From Trueperaceae bacterium (GTDB taxonomy: Bacteria > Deinococcota > Deinococci > Deinococcales > Trueperaceae), in the NCBI GenBank assembly GCA_034520945.1, contig JAXHNB010000010.1, positions 160,001-224,000 on the forward strand: a stretch of 64,000 bases of DNA, given 5' to 3'. Below are positions 50,357 through 59,650 of the stretch, piece by piece (the first letter of the stretch is position 1; the number at the start of each line of letters is the position of its first letter). A program made the translations under genes and the position numbers. The notes beneath the pieces were generated by a model, which searched no databases, was not told the DNA's origin, and was given only the letters and a program-made list of their open reading frames with translations.

Positions 50357-51201
50357 ACGGCATGGAGCGGCTGTCCCTCAACCAGGCCACCACCCCGTCC
50401 TGGAGCGTGTCCGAGGCGATCGAGGGGTGCGCGCGCCACGGCATCGGCTGGATCGGCCTGTGGCGGGGGCCGGTCGCCGAGGCCGGTCTGGAGCCGACCG
50501 CGCGCCACGTGCGCGAGAGCGGCGTGCGCGTCTCCAGCCTGTGCCGGGGCGGGTTCTTCCCCGCCGCCACCGCCCAGGCGCGGGAGGAGCGCCTGGACGA
50601 CAACCGCCGCGCGGTCGACGAGGCCGCCACGCTCGGCACCGACGTTCTGGTGCTGGTGTGCGGCGGGATGGTGGGGCGCGACCTGCCGGGGTCGCGCCGC
50701 ATGGTGGAGGACGGCATCGCCGCGCTGGTGCCCTACGCACGCGAGCGCGGCGTGCGCTTGGCGATCGAGCCGCTGCACCCCATGTTCGCCGCCGACCGCT
50801 CCGTGATCTGCGACCTGGGCCAGGCGTTCGCGCTGGCCGACCGCGTCGAAGCGGGGGTGGGCGTGGTGGTGGACGCCTACCACGTGTGGTGGGACCCGCA
50901 GCTGTACGCCCACCTGGCCCGCGGACGGGAGCGGATCCTGGGGCTCCACGTCGACGACTGGCTGGCACCGCCGCCCGACGTGCTGCGGGGGCGCGGCATG
51001 ATGGGCGACGGCTGCATCGACCTGCACGGCCTGTACACCGCGGTGGACGCCGGCGGGTACCAAGGGCCGGTCGAGGTGGAGATCTTCAACGACGCCGTGT
51101 GGCAACGCCCGGGCGACGAGGTGCTGGCCGAGATGCGCGACCGCTTCGGGCATCACGTTCTGCGCCCGCCCGAAGCGCAGCAGGACGTGACCGCGTCATG
51201 A
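50353..51201 (+). CDS. Sugar phosphate isomerase/epimerase (xylose isomerase-like TIM barrel)
   Basis: GTGA overlap; SLNQAT, SSLCRGGFF, IEPLHP, VDAYHVWWD, HVDDW, EVEIF. Confidence 0.9.
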   Translation: MNGMERLSLNQATTPSWSVSEAIEGCARHGIGWIGLWRGPVAEAGLEPTARHVRESGVRVSSLCRGGFFPAATAQAREERLDDNRRAVDEAATLGTDVLVLVCGGMVGRDLPGSRRMVEDGIAALVPYARERGVRLAIEPLHPMFAADRSVICDLGQAFALADRVEAGVGVVVDAYHVWWDPQLYAHLARGRERILGLHVDDWLAPPPDVLRGRGMMGDGCIDLHGLYTAVDAGGYQGPVEVEIFNDAVWQRPGDEVLAEMRDRFGHHVLRPPEAQQDVTAS

Positions 51202-51881
51202 CCATCGACCGAACGCACGACCACCCCGGCAGCAAACCGGGCCGCCGCAAGCAGGACGCCGTCTACGAGGCGTTGCGCCACGACATCCTCGAAGGCCGCC
51301 TCGCGCCCGGTGAGCGGCTTCGCCTGGACGACATCACGCAGCGCCTCGAAGTGAGCCACATTCCCGTCCGCGAGGCGCTCAAGCAGCTGGAGGCCGACGG
51401 GTACGTGGCGATCGAGCCGTACGTCGGCACCACCGTCGCGGAGCTGAAGGCCGACTGGATCCACGAGCTGTTCGAGCTCAAGGAGGCCCTCGAACTGATC
51501 AGCGGCCGCGCCGCCTGCCGCCGCATGAGCCAGCAGGACCTGGACGACGTGGAGGCGGTCCTCCGGCGCATGGACGATCTCGTCCGTGATCCCGAAGCGT
51601 GGTCGGCGTCCAACGTCGAGCTGCACCGCCTGATCTGCACCCGGGCCGGCACCAAGCTGGCCGGCCAACTGCTGGACCGCGTCCTGAACCAGTGGGACCG
51701 CCTGCGTCGCTACTTCTTGCAGGAGGTGTTCGCCCTGCGGGTCTTCGAAGCGCAACGCGAGCACTGGGCCATCTACCACGCCCTGACGAGACGCGACCCG
51801 GACGAGCTCGAACGCGTGGTGCGGACGCACAACCGGCGCGCGCTGGAGGCGTACGCGGCGCGGCTGCCGGACCACGACTGA
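51198..51881 (+). CDS. GntR-family (FCD) regulator
   Basis: ATGA overlap; LAPGERL, VSHIPVREALKQL, NVELH, EHWAI. Confidence 0.93.
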   Translation: MTIDRTHDHPGSKPGRRKQDAVYEALRHDILEGRLAPGERLRLDDITQRLEVSHIPVREALKQLEADGYVAIEPYVGTTVAELKADWIHELFELKEALELISGRAACRRMSQQDLDDVEAVLRRMDDLVRDPEAWSASNVELHRLICTRAGTKLAGQLLDRVLNQWDRLRRYFLQEVFALRVFEAQREHWAIYHALTRRDPDELERVVRTHNRRALEAYAARLPDHD

Positions 51882-51930
51882 GCTGCACGCGGGCGGCCCG
51901 AGCCGCCTGCCTTGAATCCCGGAGGTGCGC

Positions 51931-53376
51931 GTGTCACGACCGAATCTGCTCTTCCTCATGACCGACCAGCAACGCGCGGACACGGTCGCCCCAGGCGGTC
52001 CCTGCGCGACGCCCAACCTGGACGCCCTCCAGGCACAGGGCACCCGCTTCACGCGCTGTTACGGACCCAACCCGATCTGCTCCCCCACCCGCGCCAGCCT
52101 GATGACGGGGCTGCTGCCGCACGCCCACGGCATGGTCGACGTCACGCACGCCGTCGAGCCCTACCGGGCCGACCTGAAGCCCGACCTGCCGTTCTGGAGC
52201 CGCACCCTGCAGCAGGCCGGCTACCGCACCGCCTACTTCGGCAAGTGGCACGTGGAACGCTCCAACCAGTTGGAGGACTTCGGCTTCGACCACTACGAAC
52301 AGGTCGGCGTCGACCCCGATGATGGCTACGCCGCCCACCGCCGGGCGCTGGGCCTGCCGGCCTCCCCGGTCCTGGCGGAGCAGGACGCCCTCCAGCACGA
52401 GGGCTACCGCGACTTCCTGCTGTACGGCGTCAGCGACGAACCGGTGGAGGCGACGCAGGAGCATTACCTGTACTCGCGCGCCATCGCGTTCCTGCGCGGC
52501 CTGGACGACGGTGATCCGCGCCCCTGGGCGGTGTTCGTCAGCACCGAAGGTCCGCACGACCCGTACGTGGTGCCGCGGGCCTTCTACGAGCGCTACGACC
52601 CGGACGCGTTCGCGCCGCCGGCGAGCTTCGACGACGACCTCCGCGACCGGCCGGGGATCTACCGCCGCATCCAGGGGCTGTTCAATGAGCTGGACTGGCC
52701 GGCGTTCGCGCGCGCCACGGCGAGCTACTACGCCTTCTGCACCCTGATCGACGAACAGGTCGGCCGCATCCTGGACACCGTGCGTAAGCTCGGGCAGGAA
52801 GAGAACACGCTGGTGGCGTACACCTCCGATCACGGCGACTATCTCGGCGCGCACCGCATGCTGCTGAAGAGCGTGGCGCCGTTCGAGGAGGCGTACCGGG
52901 TGCCGCTCATCCTCGCAGGCCCCGGCGTGCCCGCCGGCCAGCAGCCGTCACGGGTGGTGAGCCTGCTCGATCTGGCCCCCACGCTGGTCGAGCTGACCAC
53001 CGGCGAGGCGTTCCCCTGCCACGGACGCTCGCTGACGCCGCTCCTACGCGACCCCGCGGCGGACTGGCCGGACGAGGCGTTCGCGGAGTTCCACGGCCAG
53101 CGGTTCTTCTTCACGCAACGCACCCTGTGGCAGGGTCGGTACAAGTACGTGTTCAACGGGTTCGACGAGGACGAGTTCTACGACCTGGAGGTCGATCCGC
53201 ACGAGCTGCGAAACAGGGTCCACGATCCCGAGCAGCGGGACCGCGTCAAGGAGATGACGGCGCGGATGTGGCGCATCGCGCGCGACACGGGCGACTTCAA
53301 CCTGGTCGAGTCGCACTACGGCGTGCTGCGCTTCGCGCCGGTCGGGCCGGACGCCGCCTCTGACGCTGGCGACTGA
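51931..53376 (+). CDS. Formylglycine-dependent sulfatase (Cys-type, cytoplasmic)
   Basis: RBS GGAGG; PNLLFLMTDQ, CSPTRASLMTG, GKWH, GPHDP, TSDHG, DPHELRN. Confidence 0.94.
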   Translation: MSRPNLLFLMTDQQRADTVAPGGPCATPNLDALQAQGTRFTRCYGPNPICSPTRASLMTGLLPHAHGMVDVTHAVEPYRADLKPDLPFWSRTLQQAGYRTAYFGKWHVERSNQLEDFGFDHYEQVGVDPDDGYAAHRRALGLPASPVLAEQDALQHEGYRDFLLYGVSDEPVEATQEHYLYSRAIAFLRGLDDGDPRPWAVFVSTEGPHDPYVVPRAFYERYDPDAFAPPASFDDDLRDRPGIYRRIQGLFNELDWPAFARATASYYAFCTLIDEQVGRILDTVRKLGQEENTLVAYTSDHGDYLGAHRMLLKSVAPFEEAYRVPLILAGPGVPAGQQPSRVVSLLDLAPTLVELTTGEAFPCHGRSLTPLLRDPAADWPDEAFAEFHGQRFFFTQRTLWQGRYKYVFNGFDEDEFYDLEVDPHELRNRVHDPEQRDRVKEMTARMWRIARDTGDFNLVESHYGVLRFAPVGPDAASDAGD

Positions 53377-53398
53377 GCGTCGGAGATACGCGACCCGC

Positions 53399-54892
53399 TC
53401 AGGACAGGAACCAGGGTGAACTCCACGCCAGGTGCCCGTTGCGCTGCGTCACGCGCAGGTACAGGTAGCCCGGCAGGTTCAGGTCCGCCCGGTCCAGCAC
53501 GGCGCGGCCCAGCACCCGGCTGGCCGCCATCGGCGTGAGCCGGTGCAGCATGTAGCTCTCCTTCGGGAAGGGACCGGTCTGGACGTGGGCCGAGCCGTGA
53601 AACAGCTCGCCCAGGGTGACGGTCCGGTCCGAGGCCGAAGGGTGGGTCATGTCGATCCGCACGCGCGTCGCGGGGTCGCCCGCGATCTCCAGCACGGCGC
53701 TCTGATTCGGGTTCTCGCGGTACGCCTCCAACCGTGAGGTGTAGGACTGGACGTGCAGCTCGTTGGCACTGGGTCGCGTGAAGCGATGGCGCTTCTCCTC
53801 GCTGAACGGGCCGGACTGCAGGCAAGGAAACACGCGCCGCAACTGCCCGCCCTCAACGTGCACCGCCATCTCCCAGTCGGTGATGCGGTCCAACGCCAGG
53901 TCCTTCCAGGGGCCCCAGCCCCACTCGAGCCGCACCTGCACCACGTCGGCGAAGGCGCCGGCGGCGGGCGGTTTCTCGTCGGGGAAGGCGCGGTGGATGG
54001 TGCGACCGTCGTGCACGAACTCGACCATCTCGAGTTCGTCGCGTCCCGCCACGTCGTACGCGACCTCCACCTGCTCGGCCGGCGGTACCTCCATGCCCAT
54101 CTCGTGGCCGTTGGCGGCCAGGCGCAGCTCGATGCGATCCCCGGTCAGGGCGTAGGTGCGGCGGGCTCGCACCGCCCGCATGACGGCGTCGCGGGTCAAT
54201 TCCTCGGCCAGGACCGCCATGACGCCCTCCCCGTAGGCGCCGGGAAAGCCGCGGTGGTTGTCGGACGAGGCGACGAAGCCAAACTTGGCGCCGTCGTGTA
54301 ACTTTGCCTGGGCGGTGTTGGCGGTGACGCGCCCGCCGAACGAGTGGGTGAAGTAGGTGCGGGGCCCGCGGTCGTGCTCGGCGTTGCCGTGCTCCGAGTA
54401 GATCTCCACCACCGGCGTGGTCGCGTCCGGCTGGAACACCTCCCAGTTCACACCGCGATTGCCGGTGGGATACCCGATGTGGTGCGGGATCATCAGCGCC
54501 TGCCGCTCGGTGCAGAACCGCCGCAGCGCCTCCACGTGATCGGGCAGGTACAGCGGCTGGTGGTCGGCTGGAAACACCACGCAGTGATCCCCGAAGGCGC
54601 TGGAGTGCCACTCGTACCCCAGGAAGTGCACGAACTCGCCGTCGCGGTGGTGCGCGGCGGTCAGACGCTGGATGTGCTCCCAGGCGTCGTTGTGCCGCCG
54701 GAAGCCATCCAGCCAGTGCTGCTCGCGCCCGCCCTCCATCGGGACCAGGTCGTGCCAGGCGGCGTGGCCCGTGAACGCGAAGAAGTCGAGGTGCGTCTTG
54801 GCGATATCGATGCTGCGTTCCAGCGATCCTTTGCCGTAGCCGAGGCCGTTGTGATTGTGAATGTCGCCGTAGAAGATGGCGTACTCGCTCAT
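53399..54892 (-). CDS. PHP-fold metallohydrolase (CehA/McbA- or DUF3604-like), paralog 3
   Basis: YGDIHNH, LDF.AFTGH, EWHS, PHH, EIYSEHG, SSDNH, YLRVTQRNGHLAWSSP. Confidence 0.8.
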   Translation of the reverse strand: MSEYAIFYGDIHNHNGLGYGKGSLERSIDIAKTHLDFFAFTGHAAWHDLVPMEGGREQHWLDGFRRHNDAWEHIQRLTAAHHRDGEFVHFLGYEWHSSAFGDHCVVFPADHQPLYLPDHVEALRRFCTERQALMIPHHIGYPTGNRGVNWEVFQPDATTPVVEIYSEHGNAEHDRGPRTYFTHSFGGRVTANTAQAKLHDGAKFGFVASSDNHRGFPGAYGEGVMAVLAEELTRDAVMRAVRARRTYALTGDRIELRLAANGHEMGMEVPPAEQVEVAYDVAGRDELEMVEFVHDGRTIHRAFPDEKPPAAGAFADVVQVRLEWGWGPWKDLALDRITDWEMAVHVEGGQLRRVFPCLQSGPFSEEKRHRFTRPSANELHVQSYTSRLEAYRENPNQSAVLEIAGDPATRVRIDMTHPSASDRTVTLGELFHGSAHVQTGPFPKESYMLHRLTPMAASRVLGRAVLDRADLNLPGYLYLRVTQRNGHLAWSSPWFLS

Positions 54893-54903
54893 GATGTCCT
54901 CCC

Positions 54904-56157
54904 TCACCGCCAGGGTTCTAGCGGCGCCAGCACGCCCCCGCTCCCGCGGTAGAACTCCTCGTCCAGCACGAATGCACCGTCGCGGGGTCGCAACCACGTC
55001 GCCGCCCGGCAGGGGTGTGCGTCCTGCATCGGTTCCCAATTGCGGTACACCTGCGCACCGTTGGCCTCCAGCAGACCGTCCGTCATGCCGGGTAGCGGCG
55101 CCAGGCGGGCGGCCACGTTGCGATTCCAGTCGAGGAGGCGCGGCGTGCAGGCGGAGTCGGCCACGAAGCACGCCAGCCCCTGCGCCTCGGCCTCGCGCAC
55201 CATTCGGAGCGTCACGCTGAGCGTCTTGCCGGCCGGTTTGAGCGCCACCGCGCCGTACCCGGCGCGTGCCTTGCGGCGGACGTCCTCCACGCGGTGGAGA
55301 CTCTCGTCCGCCGCCACGCGGACGCCGAGGCCGTGCACGTCGATGTCGGCCTCCTCCGGGAACGGCTCCTCCAGCAAAATCGTCCGCGTCAGCATGCCGA
55401 TCTCACGGGCGTGCGCCAGGAGCGCCTCCAGGTGCGCCCGGTCGGGGTAGCGGCCGTTGGCGTCCAGGTAGTACGCGGGGGGCGGGCCCGCGTGTGCGGT
55501 GGCGGCCCGGTGCACCTCTGTGAGGCGGGCTTTGTCGGCGCCCAGCATCTCGTCCGGGGTGCCGGCCGCGCCGATCTTGATCTTCAGCACCGTTGCGCCA
55601 CCCGCCAGCATCGCGGCGATCTGCTCGGGCCGGGTGGCGTAGGAGACGAGGGGCACGCGCGCCACGCGCGCGTGCCGGTGGTGGAGCGGTTCACGGGACG
55701 CCGCTGGGATCATGGCGTCGAAGGTGCGCAGGTCGTGCGCGCGGGCGTAGAGCGTCCAGGCGGCGTTGTCCAGCGCCACCAACGCGTTCAGCGTGAAGGT
55801 GCGGCGTAGCTCGTCGCGGCCGATGAGCGTGCGGCCGTACGCGTGCACCTCGTCGACCAGGCCGTCCAGCAACTCGAAGGGGGTGTCGAACGACCGGCCC
55901 CGCGCGCGCTGCAGGGCGTACTCCAGAAGGGCAGCCATCAGCAGGTTCCCGCCGACCTCGGTGTGGGCGGTGAACACCTCCCGGTCGGACCACAGCACCG
56001 CCAACCCGCCCACGCCGGCGGCACGAACGCCGCCCTCGCTGGTGAGGTCGACGCGGCACAGCCACTTCTCGGTGAACTGGCCGCCCTTGAAGCCGAACGG
56101 TTGCCGGAGCGGCTCGCGCCGCAGGTCGAGGTCGACGCGGTCGAGGGTGAGGGTCAT
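54904..56157 (-). CDS. Enolase-superfamily enzyme (MR/MLE-like racemase or dehydratase)
   Basis: KIKIG (KxK), YLDANG, LEEPF, ADES, LKPAGK. Confidence 0.85.
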   Translation of the reverse strand: MTLTLDRVDLDLRREPLRQPFGFKGGQFTEKWLCRVDLTSEGGVRAAGVGGLAVLWSDREVFTAHTEVGGNLLMAALLEYALQRARGRSFDTPFELLDGLVDEVHAYGRTLIGRDELRRTFTLNALVALDNAAWTLYARAHDLRTFDAMIPAASREPLHHRHARVARVPLVSYATRPEQIAAMLAGGATVLKIKIGAAGTPDEMLGADKARLTEVHRAATAHAGPPPAYYLDANGRYPDRAHLEALLAHAREIGMLTRTILLEEPFPEEADIDVHGLGVRVAADESLHRVEDVRRKARAGYGAVALKPAGKTLSVTLRMVREAEAQGLACFVADSACTPRLLDWNRNVAARLAPLPGMTDGLLEANGAQVYRNWEPMQDAHPCRAATWLRPRDGAFVLDEEFYRGSGGVLAPLEPWR

Positions 56158-56187
56158 GGCACGTCCCCGTGCTGCGCGACGCTCATG

Positions 56188-57684
56188 CTACGCGTACCAG
56201 ATGGGGCTGGCCCAGGCGATCTGCCCGTCGCTCTGCGTGACGCGGGCGTACACGAAGCCCGCCTCGCGCGATGGGTGGTAGGTCTCGTCGTACGCGAACG
56301 CGAACTCGCGTTCCGGCACGGCGCGGTGCACCTTCAACGCCGGCGAACCGAAGCCGCGCACCTGCGCGCCGACCGAGCCGCGCACCAGGTCGGCGAACGG
56401 CAGGTCGAACGCCACCTCGCCCGCCGTGACGCGCAGGCGTCCCTGTGGGCCCACGTCGCAGTCCAAGACCACCGCCTGCGTGCCGCCCGCGTCGAAGTGG
56501 GTGCCGCCCATGGCGCCGGCCGGGTTGGCCATGGCGCGGCAGCGCCACGCCACCTGCGCCTCGTCCTGGTCCTCGATGCGCTCCGTGACCGCCTCCTCGC
56601 CGGTGGCGGCGCCGCCGTAGCGGAAGCACGGTTCGACGCCCAACAGGCGGCCCTCCTGCACCTCCGCGCGGACGTGCCAGTCGGAGCGTTGCCGGCCGCG
56701 GCCCCAGCCGGTCTCGACCTTCACCTTGTAGCGGCCGGGCGCGAAGTCGCTGGCGATGGGTTTGCCGGGGAGGCGCCGCACGCGCCAGCCGTCCTCGCCG
56801 CCCTCGATCAGATCGACCTTGTCGATGGGGGCGGTTCCCGCCACCCGCAGCCGCAGCGGCATGGCGTCGGCGCGGCCTGCGACCCCGCCGATGGGCACGT
56901 CCGCCAGGGCGACCTCGGCGACGATGCGCGCGCCGGTGGTGGCGACCGTGCGGCGGGCTTGCAATGCCTCCCAGAGGTGCTGCCGGTCCAGTGTCGGCGC
57001 GTCGACGCCGACGCGGCCATGACCGTAGTGGCCGGGGTAGCCGTCGTGCGTGTCGGTGCCGGCGTAGAAGCCGAAGCGGTGGCCGGCCACCAGCCCGCTG
57101 CGCACGGTGGATTCGCCGACGCGGGGGCCCATGCTGTGGTGGTACTCGCCGGGGGCGTCGTCCCCTTCGCAACTGCCGTGGTTGGAGTACACCTCCACCA
57201 GCGGCGAGACGCGGTCGTCGAACGCCTCCCAGTTCGTGCCGCGCTGCCCGCGGACGTAGCCGCCGTGATGCGGCAGCAGCATGAAGGCGGGCGTCGCCTC
57301 CTCCAGCCTGCGCGCCAGCGTGCTCGGGTCGGGCCCGTCGAGGAGCGGCAGGTCGAAGGTGGGCGCGTAACAATTGTAGTCGCCGTACTGCATCGAGTGC
57401 CACTCGTAGCTGGGCAACGTCACGAAGCGGCCGGGTTCGTCGGCGTCCTGCAACAGGTGCAGCAGCTCGGGCCAGTAGTGCTGCAGCTTGGCGAACCCGC
57501 CCAGGTGCATGCCGATGATGGCGTTCTGCTCCCTCAGATCCATCGGCATGTCCGGCCAGAAGGCATGCCCGGTGATGCTGCAGAAGTCGAGGTGCGTGCG
57601 GGCGTTGGCCAGGGCCCGCTGCGGCGTGCCCGTGCCGTAGCTGACGGCGCAGTGGGCGTGCAGGTCGCCCCAGTACATGCTCAC
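56188..57684 (-). CDS. PHP-fold metallohydrolase (CehA/McbA- or DUF3604-like), paralog 2
   Basis: WGDLHAH, LDF.SITGH, EWHS, PHH, EVYSNHG, GTDTH, YARVTQSDGQIAWASPIW. Confidence 0.8.
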   Translation of the reverse strand: MSMYWGDLHAHCAVSYGTGTPQRALANARTHLDFCSITGHAFWPDMPMDLREQNAIIGMHLGGFAKLQHYWPELLHLLQDADEPGRFVTLPSYEWHSMQYGDYNCYAPTFDLPLLDGPDPSTLARRLEEATPAFMLLPHHGGYVRGQRGTNWEAFDDRVSPLVEVYSNHGSCEGDDAPGEYHHSMGPRVGESTVRSGLVAGHRFGFYAGTDTHDGYPGHYGHGRVGVDAPTLDRQHLWEALQARRTVATTGARIVAEVALADVPIGGVAGRADAMPLRLRVAGTAPIDKVDLIEGGEDGWRVRRLPGKPIASDFAPGRYKVKVETGWGRGRQRSDWHVRAEVQEGRLLGVEPCFRYGGAATGEEAVTERIEDQDEAQVAWRCRAMANPAGAMGGTHFDAGGTQAVVLDCDVGPQGRLRVTAGEVAFDLPFADLVRGSVGAQVRGFGSPALKVHRAVPEREFAFAYDETYHPSREAGFVYARVTQSDGQIAWASPIWYA

Positions 57685-58589
57685 GACGCTTCGGCGGTGC
57701 GGGCCTCGCGCACCAGGTCCTCGAACATGCGGGCGTAGCGCAGGTAGGAGGCGTACTTCTCGGCCTCGGGCACGTCGCTGCCGCCCTCGTGGATGATGCT
57801 GGCGACGTGCGGTTCGATGGCGATGGTGCCGCGGTAGCCGCCGCTGAGCAGGTCGGCCAGGATGGGGCGGACCATGGCGTCGCCCTCGCCCGGGTAGGCG
57901 TAGTCGGAGCTTGCGCCTCCTTCAGGATTGCGTTTGCAGTCCTTGACGTGGACGTAGCCGATGAGGTCCTTGACGCCCTGGTAGAACGGCCAGGGCTCGT
58001 AGCCGTGGCTGATCGTGTTGCCGATGTCGAACAGGACCGTCAGGTGGTCGCTGCCGACCTCTTCGATCAGTTCGCGCATGTGGCGCGCGCTCTGCCCGCC
58101 CCAGCCGGTACAGTTCTCGTGCGCCAGCACGACGCCGCCATCCGCCGCCACGGCGGCCAGCTCCCGGTAGCGGCGGATCGCTTCGCGGCGCCAGTCAGAC
58201 TCACTGGCGCCGTTCTGCAGCCAACTCATGGTGCGGATGAAGCGGACGCCCAGGCGTTGCATGCGCGGGATGGCGACCTTCAGGTCCTGCAGGTCCTGCT
58301 TGAAGTCGCCGTGGATGGCGCGGCTCCAGTTGCCGATGGCGGAGCCGAAGCCGGTCACGGTGAGGCCCGCCGCCTCGACCGCGTCGGCAGCCGCCGCGAA
58401 GGCATCGTCGGGCAGGGCTCCGGCAACGTTGAGGCCGTCGATCAGGCGCAGCTCGATGGCGTTCCAGCCGAGCTCGCGGTGCGCGGCGATCTGGGCGTGG
58501 GTGTCGCGGCCGGCCTCGTCGGCCAGGCCGCTCAGGGTGGGCCCGCCTGGCGCGGCGTCGTCCGGTTGGGCGCGGTTCGTCATATCCAT
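57681..58589 (-). CDS. Sugar phosphate isomerase/epimerase (TIM barrel)
   Basis: SGLADEA, IELR, GSAIGN, HENC, FDIGN, VHVKD, AIEPH. Confidence 0.88.
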   Translation of the reverse strand: MDMTNRAQPDDAAPGGPTLSGLADEAGRDTHAQIAAHRELGWNAIELRLIDGLNVAGALPDDAFAAAADAVEAAGLTVTGFGSAIGNWSRAIHGDFKQDLQDLKVAIPRMQRLGVRFIRTMSWLQNGASESDWRREAIRRYRELAAVAADGGVVLAHENCTGWGGQSARHMRELIEEVGSDHLTVLFDIGNTISHGYEPWPFYQGVKDLIGYVHVKDCKRNPEGGASSDYAYPGEGDAMVRPILADLLSGGYRGTIAIEPHVASIIHEGGSDVPEAEKYASYLRYARMFEDLVREARTAEAS

Positions 58590-59650
58590 GGCAGCTCGAT
58601 CTCCTGCTCGTGTCCGTGGCGTGCGGAGGTGTAGATGGCTTCGATGATGGCGACGGCCTTGAGCGCTTCGCGGCCGTCGACGCGGGGTGGGCGGTCCTCG
58701 TAGATGGCATCGATCAGATCTTGGATCTGCGCCTCGTGGCCCGCGTTGCGGGTCTGCTTGGGGTCGCTGGCGCCGGAGGCGACCTGGTTGGCGGTCCCCA
58801 GGCGTGCGCGGACGTCCGCGTCTTCTTCGCGTTCGTCGTGGAAGCGCCAGCAGGCGATGCGGTCGTCCTCCAGCCGCACCGTCCCGTGCTCGCCGCAGAG
58901 CTCCACCGCCCGCGCGAAGCCCGGGTAGGCCGCGGTGCTGGCCTGGATGGTGCCAAGCACGCCGTGCGGGAACCGCAGACATGCCACGGCGGTGTCCTCC
59001 ACCTCGATCCGTTCGTGCGCCAGCGTGGCCGTCATCGCCTTGGCCGCGGCCGGCATGCCGGCCAGGGACTGGAGCAGGTCGACGGCGTGGATGGCCTGGT
59101 TCATGAGGGCGCCGCCGCCGTCCAGGGCGACGGTGCCCTTCCAGCCCCCCTCGTCGTAGTACGCCTGGTCTCGGTACCACTTCACCTCGGCGCCGCACAG
59201 CGTCAACCGGCCCAGGCGTCCCGAGGCGACGACCTGCTTCACCGCGCGCGCACCGGGCCCGAAGCGCGCCTGGAAGATCGCCGCCAGCCGTACGCCGTTG
59301 TCCTCGCAGGCGCGGATCAGGCTGGCGGCGCGCGCGACCGTGACCTCGAGCGGTTTCTCGACCACGACGTGCTTGCTGGCGTTGGCCGCGGCGACGGCGG
59401 CGTCCAGGTGCGCGCCGCTGGGGGTGGTGACGCATACCGCGTCCACCTCGGGGTGCGCCAACAGTTCGGCCAGGTCGGTGGTGTGAACATTGGCGCGGTG
59501 CTTCTCGGCGAAGCTGCGGGCGCGGTCCGCGGAGCGGCTGTGCACGCCCACCAGGCGACCGCCGTTCGAGGCGGCGATGGCGTTGGCGTGCACGCCGGCG
59601 ATCATGCCGCACCCGACGATCGCGAAGCCGACCTGGCGGGACGCCGTCAC
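58580..59650 (-). CDS. Gfo/Idh/MocA oxidoreductase
   Basis: VGCGMIA, TPSGAH, HVVVEKP, IFQ.RF, GGGALMNQAIHAVD. Confidence 0.93.
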   Translation of the reverse strand: MTASRQVGFAIVGCGMIAGVHANAIAASNGGRLVGVHSRSADRARSFAEKHRANVHTTDLAELLAHPEVDAVCVTTPSGAHLDAAVAAANASKHVVVEKPLEVTVARAASLIRACEDNGVRLAAIFQARFGPGARAVKQVVASGRLGRLTLCGAEVKWYRDQAYYDEGGWKGTVALDGGGALMNQAIHAVDLLQSLAGMPAAAKAMTATLAHERIEVEDTAVACLRFPHGVLGTIQASTAAYPGFARAVELCGEHGTVRLEDDRIACWRFHDEREEDADVRARLGTANQVASGASDPKQTRNAGHEAQIQDLIDAIYEDRPPRVDGREALKAVAIIEAIYTSARHGHEQEIELPWI

